This document shows, piece after piece, positions 9,788 to 16,446 of a stretch of DNA of 44,959 nt. Under the pieces are notes generated by a model, which worked only from the letters and a program-made list of their open reading frames with translations, searched no databases and was not told the DNA's origin. This DNA is from Acidimicrobiia bacterium (GTDB lineage: Bacteria > Actinomycetota > Acidimicrobiia > Spongiisociales > SHLN01): contig JBFKDW010000016.1 in assembly GCA_041619515.1 (NCBI GenBank), positions 1-44,959 of the forward strand, read 5' to 3'. Made by a program: the position numbers and the translations under genes. Position 1 is the stretch's first letter, and each line of letters opens with the position of its first letter.

Positions 9788-10588
9788 CTAGGCGGGAACC
9801 ACGTCGGGGCGGCGTTTCATCTCGCCGCTCGGCTCCCCGGTCCCACCGAAGGCAGGGCAGATTTCCTGGAAGGAGCACCAGTCGCACAAACGCGACTGTC
9901 GCGGGGGATAGGACTGGCGGGCTTCAGCCCGGATGATGGCATCCCACAGGGCCCGGACCTGGCGCTCCATGGCGTCGAGCTTCTGGTCGTCGACGTCGAG
10001 TGAGTACATGGTGGGGCCGTTCAAGTAGAGCAGCCGCAACTGCACGGGGGCCCGTCCGAAGTGCTTGCGGGTGAGGAGGGCATAGATCTTCAACGCGAAG
10101 AAGGCGGTGAGAGCGTATCGCTCCGGCGGTGCTTTCCCGGTCTTGTAGTCGGTGACGATGAGGTCGCCGTGCTCGTCCTCGTCGATCCGGTCGAGGATGC
10201 CCCGCACCTGGACTGTGTTGATCTCCTCGAGCAGGTCGAGCTCGCAGTCGACCGGGGCGATCCGGCGAGGATCCTCCACCGAGAAGTAGTTGGCGAGCAG
10301 CTCCATGCTTTCGATGCCCCAGGCGCGCTCCTCCTCGACCGAGGAGAACATGTCCGGGTACTCGACGTCACGGACCTCCGTCCAGGCCTGGCGGAACAAA
10401 TCGAATAGCCGGTCGGGCGTTCGGTTGTCCGCCTCCAGTCCGTAGAGGCGCTGCAAAGCGAGGTGGGCCGTCGTGCCGCGAGCCTGGTACACGGTGGCCG
10501 GCTCCTCGAGCCGATCGATCGCGCGAAACTTGAACAGCTGCGGACACTGCTTGAAGTCACTCAGCCTGCTCGGTGAGACTCGATCCAT
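9788..10588 (-). CDS. Stand-alone PD-(D/E)XK (RecB/Cas4-like) nuclease with probable Fe-S cysteines
   Basis: SPSRLSDFKQCP, RGILDRID, VTDYKTGK, CDWCSFQEICP; ATG 10588 has TATAGT 7 nt upstream. Confidence 0.85.
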   Translation of the reverse strand: MDRVSPSRLSDFKQCPQLFKFRAIDRLEEPATVYQARGTTAHLALQRLYGLEADNRTPDRLFDLFRQAWTEVRDVEYPDMFSSVEEERAWGIESMELLANYFSVEDPRRIAPVDCELDLLEEINTVQVRGILDRIDEDEHGDLIVTDYKTGKAPPERYALTAFFALKIYALLTRKHFGRAPVQLRLLYLNGPTMYSLDVDDQKLDAMERQVRALWDAIIRAEARQSYPPRQSRLCDWCSFQEICPAFGGTGEPSGEMKRRPDVVPA

Positions 10589-10699
10589 ACCCGGCACTAT
10601 ACGGGACCAGAGTGACACGTTTGTAATTACCGCCCGAGTTCCCGTCGAGCCGCCTCCGATATGAAGGCCTGCGGCACCTTCGGTGCACAGGCCGACCTC

Positions 10700-10773
10700 C
10701 GCGAAATCTCGTGCTATGGCGCGAAAATAACCTACGGATCTCATTTGACCGGGAGCGGGAGGGGGCGTACATT
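10700..10773 (+). promoter_or_regulatory. Sigma70-type promoter P1 with upstream tandem CGCGAAA boxes
   Basis: TTGACC 10745-10750, 17-nt spacer, TACATT 10768-10773; CGCGAAA at 10700 and 10720. Same layout as the promoter at 16016-16089. Confidence 0.8.
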
Positions 10774-10780
10774 CATCTGC

Positions 10781-11400
10781 GTCGCCCGGGAAACCGGGTG
10801 CCCCGGCCGGATGTGAGAGCAGAAGGCGGGCTTGCGAATCGAGAGGTTCGTGAGAATCCCGGAAGGGCGAAAGCCCGACCGGGCCTCCGGAGGGGTGTAA
10901 CAGCCTCGGCCGGAGACCTGGGGAGGTGTAAAAGCCCGACCAGGGCCCTGCGATACCGGATCGTGGGGAGTGGTTGCCCGGGCCCCGATCGGGTCAGGCG
11001 GATGCGCTCAGGCGCAGACGACTGCCGGGAAACCACGCCTCGTTCGCCGTCTCGGCGGAGAATGAGGGTTGGCGAGGGTGGAGCCCGAAAGGGTGAGGCC
11101 TCAGCCGACAGCTGATGGCCGCAAGGTCACCAGTCCAGCGACGCTGGAACGTTGGAGCGCAAAACGCTCCGGCGCCGCAAGAGACACGGGCTCACGGGCA
11201 CCGATCTCGGGCGGAAACAGCCGGCACGGCACCCGCAAGGGGGCCGCCCGGCAGCGGAAAGATCCCGAGAGGGTTGAGGTTACGGCCGAGGCTCACTCGG
11301 GATTTCCGCGTGTGTGGGCCCAACATCGGGCACCGAATTCATCGCGATGCTTCGGCGTCCTGATGCGTCTCCCCAGAGACGGCCGCTTGCATTGCGGGAG
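10781..11400 (+). ncRNA. Putative large structured non-coding RNA (about 600 nt), family unassigned
   Basis: Follows P1. Near-continuous stem-loops with loops GAAA 10790, GAGA 10815, GAGA 10841, GAAA 10869, GAAA 11087, GCAA 11121, GCAA 11235, GAGA 11267 and C(UUCG)G 11351. Many G-U pairs and a long-range helix 11188-11196/11313-11321. No credible ORF. Ends are approximate. Confidence 0.7.
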
Positions 11401-11424
11401 CGCCCGATAGAACAATGACGGGAG

Positions 11425-11970
11425 ATGAGAGGTGTCCAAGCCAGCCTGCCGTCTCAGGACGTGGTCGACGGGCTCGGGCCAATGCCCGACCTCGAGCAAC
11501 TGGTTCGCGCTCACTGGGCACCCACCTATCGCGTGGTTGTGGCGCTGGTTCGCGATCATGGCATGGCAGAAGACATCACCCAAGAGTCCCTGCTCAAGGC
11601 GTGGAAAGCCCTTCCCACCTTCCGGGGAGATGCCTCGCTGCGCAACTGGATCCTCCGGATCGCCCACAACACCGCCATATCCGCGCTGCGACGGCGCAAA
11701 CCAGAGTCCAGGGAGCCGTGGAATCTCCCCGAGTCCCTATCCGGCCCTGATGCGTCAGACCTCGTCGCCGACCGGCTCATGATGGAGCAGTTCCAGACGG
11801 CGCTGTCGGCCCTCTCCCCGAGCACGCGGGCCATAGTGGTGTTGCGGGAAGTCGAAGGCCGATCGTATGAGGAGATCGCCGAGATCGTTCGATTGCCGCT
11901 CTCAACGGTGCGGACCCGGCTCTTCCGGGCGCGCAAGGAGCTGGCCATCGCCCTCAAGGGCTGGCGCTGA
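11425..11970 (+). CDS. ECF-family RNA polymerase sigma factor
   Basis: Region 2 AEDITQESLLKAWKALPTFRGDASLRNWILRIAHN; region 4 SYEEIAEIVRLPLSTVRTRLFRAR. The start may instead be 11482. Confidence 0.92.
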   Translation: MRGVQASLPSQDVVDGLGPMPDLEQLVRAHWAPTYRVVVALVRDHGMAEDITQESLLKAWKALPTFRGDASLRNWILRIAHNTAISALRRRKPESREPWNLPESLSGPDASDLVADRLMMEQFQTALSALSPSTRAIVVLREVEGRSYEEIAEIVRLPLSTVRTRLFRARKELAIALKGWR

Positions 11971-12290
11971 TGCCGTGGCTCCATCCCTTCCGCAGACGGC
12001 TCATCGCCTGGGCCGACAATGTCGACGATCCGCGCATCCAGGCGCACGTCGAGCAGTGCGAACGGTGCCTTGGCATCGTCGAGGAGGCGGGAAGATTCGA
12101 TGACATTCCGCTGGGAAACGTGCTCGGAGCGCTGCTACGGGCGCCGGACTCACTGGAAGAGGAGCTGGTGGAGCGCGCCGAGATCGCCAGAAGCAACCGG
12201 GCATCTCTCGAGATTCTCGGGGGCCTCGCCGTCCTGCCGTGGGAGACCCTCCAGCTCATGATCGACCAGCGGAAACCCGCGGATGATTGA
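11970..12290 (+). CDS. Putative zinc-binding anti-sigma factor (ZAS)
   Basis: HVEQCERC matches HxxxCxxC; translationally coupled to the sigma gene. Confidence 0.7.
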   Translation: MPWLHPFRRRLIAWADNVDDPRIQAHVEQCERCLGIVEEAGRFDDIPLGNVLGALLRAPDSLEEELVERAEIARSNRASLEILGGLAVLPWETLQLMIDQRKPADD

Positions 12291-13008
12291 TCGGTGGGTA
12301 TGGGCCGTGCTTGCCATCACGGCCGGCCTGGCGGCCGGCAGTGGGGTTGGATGGCTGGTCAGAAGGCGGCTGCAACGGGAAACCAACCGCCCGGTCTTGC
12401 GTCGCGTCGGCAATGCTTCGGGGGCATTTCTCTTCTGGTTCTTCACTCTGGTCGGGGTGGTGTTTGCCGTCGGGATGGTCAGCCCGGAAACCCTGCGGCC
12501 GCTGCCCCGTCAGGTGCTCGACTACCTGCCTCGCGTGCTGGCAGCCGGCCTCATCGTCATTGGTGGATGGGCGTTGGCGATAGTGGCGTCCAGTGTGCTC
12601 GCCGCCGCCCTCAGCCGGGCGACCGGGCGCCTAGAGCGTGAGTTCGAACGGGTCATCCGATACGCGGTGCTCACCCTGGCGGTCATTCTTTCCCTGGCGC
12701 AGCTTGGGGTGAACGTCACCGTGGTGACGGTGCTGGTCGCCGTCGTCGCGTTGACCCTCGGCGCATCCATCACGATCGTCATCGGGCACGGCGCTCGGCA
12801 GATATCCGGGGAGATCGCGGCCGGCCGCTACCTGCACAGCTTCATCGACGTCGGCGACTATGTGCAAGCGGGCGACTACCAGGGCGTCGTGGTGGGCATC
12901 CATCCCGCCACGCTCGAGCTCGAGGACATCGATGGCGCCAGGATGCATGCCCCCTACAGCAAAGTGCTCTCCGCCGGACCGACGATCCGGCGCAATGCTT
13001 CCTCCTAG
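12283..13008 (+). CDS. Small-conductance mechanosensitive channel-like membrane protein
   Basis: About 5 hydrophobic segments (YLPRVLAAGLIV, LAQLGVNVT) followed by the MscS beta-domain pattern DVGDYVQAGDYQGVVVGI. Confidence 0.7.
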   Translation: MIDRWVWAVLAITAGLAAGSGVGWLVRRRLQRETNRPVLRRVGNASGAFLFWFFTLVGVVFAVGMVSPETLRPLPRQVLDYLPRVLAAGLIVIGGWALAIVASSVLAAALSRATGRLEREFERVIRYAVLTLAVILSLAQLGVNVTVVTVLVAVVALTLGASITIVIGHGARQISGEIAAGRYLHSFIDVGDYVQAGDYQGVVVGIHPATLELEDIDGARMHAPYSKVLSAGPTIRRNASS

Positions 13009-13077
13009 CCGCCCGGTCCGTGGCATATAGAGTTGACGGCCCCGCAGGGCCGTCAACTCGCTGATCTCCTTCGGTTC

Positions 13078-13896
13078 TCAGGTCTCCTGGTCGCCCTTGA
13101 TGACGCCCTTGACACCGTCGACACCGGATGCGGCCACGTCGCGGACCGCGTGCACCGCCGACTCACCGATCTTCTCGGCGGCTTCGAAGGCTCCGGTCGC
13201 AGCCGCCGAGGCGGCGTCTTCGACGCTGAGCCCCACCTTCTTGGCTCCGTCGATGGCGCCACTGAGGGCAGCAGTCGTCACCTTGGTGACGTCGACTCCC
13301 ACCTCGCCGGCCCCGGCTACGAGGCCGCGGGCGGTGCTGCGAACGGTCTCGAGCACGTCGGCGCCCACCTCCTTGGCGCCGTTGACGGCTCCGGACATCG
13401 TGGCCGATGCGGTCCCGATGACATCGCCGCCGAGATCCTTCGCCGAGGTCACGACGGTGTGAGCGAGAGCGTAGGCTCCTTCGCCGAGACCGACGCCGAC
13501 ACTCTGGGTCGTGCTTATGACACCCTCGGCGATCGCCCCCGCCGTCGAGGTGAGGTCCCCGCCTATCTCACCCGACCCTTTCAGGGCGGCCCGGACGGTA
13601 TCCGAGATGACGCCCACCGTAACGGTGGCAACCTCGCCGACGCCCTGCAGCAGACCTACCACCAGGCCCTTGCTGGTCTTGATCAACCCGGTCCCGACCT
13701 CGTTGACGGCTGAGAAGGCGCTGGTGGCTACCTGGGAGAGGACACCGGTGGCCCCGGAGGCTACCTCTCCGGCGCCTTTCAGAGTTGAGACGGTGGCATC
13801 CTTAACGGTCTCGGCGGTGCCTTCCACCACTGCACCGGTGCCACGGAGCACTTTGAGGACTCCGTTCTTAACCTTGGTAACTGGTCCATCTGCCAT
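13078..13896 (-). CDS. Hypothetical 272-aa Gly/Ala/Val/Thr-rich protein made of 22-residue repeats
   Basis: ATG 13896 with GGAGG SD; about 11 tandem 22-aa units such as GAKEVGADVLETVRSTARGLVA. The upstream part of the track ORF is antisense to DUF2332. Confidence 0.8.
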   Translation of the reverse strand: MADGPVTKVKNGVLKVLRGTGAVVEGTAETVKDATVSTLKGAGEVASGATGVLSQVATSAFSAVNEVGTGLIKTSKGLVVGLLQGVGEVATVTVGVISDTVRAALKGSGEIGGDLTSTAGAIAEGVISTTQSVGVGLGEGAYALAHTVVTSAKDLGGDVIGTASATMSGAVNGAKEVGADVLETVRSTARGLVAGAGEVGVDVTKVTTAALSGAIDGAKKVGLSVEDAASAAATGAFEAAEKIGESAVHAVRDVAASGVDGVKGVIKGDQET

Positions 13897-14025
13897 TCGA
13901 CTACCTCCCTGTTGCTGCTGGCCTACCTGGGACGCCTCCGAGCACCCAAACGTCGCGGATTTCGCCGTCAGGGGCCCCCGCGCCGGGCCCAGTAGCCACC
14001 GGGCATCCCCGTGGCACAATACCGG

Positions 14026-15081
14026 ATGGCGGCTTCCGGGGATGGCATATCCATCGCAGAGAGGTTTCGGGAGTTTGCGGTTGCCCTCGCCGACGAGGCA
14101 CCGCTGTATTCGCATTTGTGTGAAGCGATTGTGGGCGACGATGAGCTCCTGGCTCTCGCCGGAGGCGTGCTTCCCGGCCAGCCGCCCCCCAATATGCTGT
14201 TTGCCGCCGTCCAGTTTCTGCTGTCGAACGGCCCGCCTCATCGGCTCGCAGACTGGTACCCGGCACTGTCGGGTGGGCCTCCATCCGGCGGCGACCCCTT
14301 CCCCGTGTTCCGGGAGTTCTGCCTGACCCATCGCGTGGAACTGGCGGAACTGATTGCCTCCCGCCGAACCCAGACCAACGAGGTAGCCCGCTGCCTGGCC
14401 CTGCTGCCCGCCTTCGCCACCGTTGCCGGGAGGGCCGGCCGACCCTTGTCGCTCATCGAGGTCGGGTCGAGCGCCGGGCTGCTGCTCGCCTTCGACCGCT
14501 ACCACTACGAGTACGGGAGCGCCCGGTGGGGTCCTCCGGACGCGCCGCTGCGACTCTCCACAGAGCTCCGTGGTCCGGTGCCACCGCTGCCGGCTGCGGA
14601 CATGCGTATCGCGAGCCGTGTGGGCATCGACCTCCATCCGGTCGACGTCACCGACCCAGTGGAAGTCCGGTGGCTCGATGCACTCGTTTGGCCCGGCCAT
14701 GAGGAACGCCGTGCCCGTCTGCGCCGTGCGATCGATGCGGTTGCGTCCGATCCGCCACCCGTGTTGGCGGCCGATGCTCTCGCCGTGATCGAAGAGTTGA
14801 TCGCAGCTGTGGACGACAGGGCAATGCCGGTGGTGTTCCACAGCTTCGCTCTATTCCAATGGACCTCGGCCCAGCGGGCCGATCTCGAGTCGCTGCTCCG
14901 GGGGGCCCGCCGGCCCGTCACGCGGGTGTCGCTCGAGTGGTTCGGGTATCAGCGAAACCTACCGTTCATCAAGCTGATTCAGTACCAGGGCGGATCCGAG
15001 CAGGTCGAGACCCTGGGCCGTGCCCATCATCACGGGCGCTGGCTGGAGTGGGGGCCGGACGAGGCGATCAGCGGTTCGTAA
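14026..15081 (+). CDS. DUF2332 family protein
   Basis: APLYSHL, RRTQTNEVARC, LIEVGSSAGLLLAFDRY, RVGIDLHP, WLDALVWP, AHHHGRWLEW. Confidence 0.85.
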   Translation: MAASGDGISIAERFREFAVALADEAPLYSHLCEAIVGDDELLALAGGVLPGQPPPNMLFAAVQFLLSNGPPHRLADWYPALSGGPPSGGDPFPVFREFCLTHRVELAELIASRRTQTNEVARCLALLPAFATVAGRAGRPLSLIEVGSSAGLLLAFDRYHYEYGSARWGPPDAPLRLSTELRGPVPPLPAADMRIASRVGIDLHPVDVTDPVEVRWLDALVWPGHEERRARLRRAIDAVASDPPPVLAADALAVIEELIAAVDDRAMPVVFHSFALFQWTSAQRADLESLLRGARRPVTRVSLEWFGYQRNLPFIKLIQYQGGSEQVETLGRAHHHGRWLEWGPDEAISGS

Positions 15082-15952
15082 TCGTCAGATCGGGCAGGTA
15101 CGTCCGAACCGTGGGGTAGGCGAGCTCCACTGCCGGCTCCGCCGCCAGCTTCTCGAGCAGAGACCTCCAGAGCGTGGTGTCGATGTGGCGGCGAGATCTC
15201 ACCGGGATGATCACCCGGCCGGTGACCATCACCCCGCTGTCGCGCACCGCGACATACGTGGTCGGAGTCAAGTGCGTGTAGCGGATGCGGTACTCGGTGG
15301 CGGCGTCGCGCAGCGCTCGGCGGATCTCCTCGGAGGCCATGCTGGGAGCGTGCTCGGTGAGGGTTTGCTGCATCATCTGCTCGGCCAGCTTCCAGTCGGA
15401 TTCGAAGGTCACCAGCATCGGAACCTCGTGCCATATGTAGGGGAATCCCTCCGTGTAGTTGGCGAGCGGCTGGGAGAACAGCAGCCCGTTTGGAATCTGG
15501 ATGATGCGGCCCGTCGACTGATCAGCCTCGACCCACCCCTTGATCTCCAGCATCGAGAACCGCTGCGACCGCACGTTGACGACGTCGCCCGCCTGGCCCC
15601 CGATCTCAACCCGGTCACCGACCTTGAAGGGGCGCCGCAACAGGATGTACCCCCACCCGGCGAAGTTCCGCAAGATGTCGGCCAGGGCAATCGCCACGCC
15701 GGCTGACACCACCCCGATCCAGGCCCCGATGTTGCTGACCTGCAACCACACGAAGCTGACCGCCACCAAAACGATGAAGGTGCCGCCGTAACTGGTCACC
15801 TTCTGGGTGCGGTACCAGATCTCGGTGTCGTCGACGCGTTTGCGAACCAGCCGGAGAATCACGGTTCGGAGGATGATTGCCCCGATGATCACCCCGATCG
15901 TCACCAGCAGGCGGATCTGCCACTGCGACGGATCGGTGAAGAAGCTGCCCAT
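15068..15952 (-). CDS. MscS-family mechanosensitive ion channel
   Basis: 3 TM segments then ILRNFAGW..RRPFKVGDRVEIGGQAGDVV, QSTGRIIQIPNG, NYT, ELAYPTVR. Confidence 0.9.
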   Translation of the reverse strand: MGSFFTDPSQWQIRLLVTIGVIIGAIILRTVILRLVRKRVDDTEIWYRTQKVTSYGGTFIVLVAVSFVWLQVSNIGAWIGVVSAGVAIALADILRNFAGWGYILLRRPFKVGDRVEIGGQAGDVVNVRSQRFSMLEIKGWVEADQSTGRIIQIPNGLLFSQPLANYTEGFPYIWHEVPMLVTFESDWKLAEQMMQQTLTEHAPSMASEEIRRALRDAATEYRIRYTHLTPTTYVAVRDSGVMVTGRVIIPVRSRRHIDTTLWRSLLEKLAAEPAVELAYPTVRTYLPDLTITNR

Positions 15953-16015
15953 ATCCGGTGGAGCGTAGATCCGTGGAGTCGCGAAGCGCGGCATCAAAAT
16001 GCCCGCGCCAGCCCC

Positions 16016-16089
16016 CGCGAAATCTATTTGTAGGGCGCGAAAACTAGGTAGTCCCTGAGTTTGACGGGGGAGTCCGACTGGCGTAGATT
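16016..16089 (+). promoter_or_regulatory. Sigma70-type promoter P2 with upstream tandem CGCGAAA boxes
   Basis: CGCGAAA at 16016 and 16036; TTGACG 16061-16066, 17-nt spacer, TAGATT 16084-16089. Spacings identical to P1. Confidence 0.8.
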
Positions 16090-16096
16090 CGTTTAC

Positions 16097-16374
16097 GTGT
16101 TGGGGGAAACCCCGGCACACTCCAAAGGCCCGCAAGGGCCGGAGGAGCGGCTTCGTCGGGCACCCCGCAAGGGGAACGGCCAAGAGGGCCTTCGGGCTCA
16201 CTCGGACGCTGGCGAAGCCACTACCTCGCCGGACGACTTCGGTCGGCCGGGGAGGTCCCTCACCGGGAGGCTTCGGCCAAACGGAGAGGATCGGAGTGGC
16301 CTTCGGGTCACTTCGGACGGGAGCCCCGGAGGGGCGAAGGTTTCGGCCGACGCTCAACCGGGGCTTTCCGCGTG
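16097..16374 (+). ncRNA. Putative structured non-coding RNA (about 275 nt), family unassigned
   Basis: Eight hairpins, all capped by canonical tetraloops: GAAA 16106, GCAA 16132, GCAA 16167, UUCG 16191, 16238, 16272, 16302 and 16342. Enclosing helices 16149-16157/16211-16219 and 16318-16329/16358-16370. The next gene is convergent, so this is not a 5' UTR. Confidence 0.78.
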
Positions 16375-16446
16375 CCGGGCCGTTCTCGCCCAGGGCCGAC
16401 TCCGATCGTGAGTCTCCCCTCCAGGATGCTGCCGGGCGGCGGGCTC

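Noticed and set aside
10781..11400. Identification of RNA 1 (or RNA 2) as RNase P, tmRNA, SRP RNA, tRNA, rRNA fragment or group II intron
   Set aside because: I found no GAGGAAAGUCC/ACAGAA P4 signature, no TTCGA T-arm with a CCA end, no intact SRP TCAGG..GNRA..AGCAG helix, and no group II domain V. An Rfam search is still needed.
10711..11410. ORF-track entries across the first intergenic region (10711-11115, 10773-11036, 11069-11410, 11115-11363)
   Set aside because: Arg/Gly/Pro-rich translations with no motifs or SD, mutually overlapping; better explained by structured RNA in GC-rich DNA.
15953..16411. N-terminal extension of the mscS ORF to 16357 and ORF 16061-16411
   Set aside because: MscS-like sequence begins at ATG 15952; the extension is low-complexity and antisense to the hairpin array.
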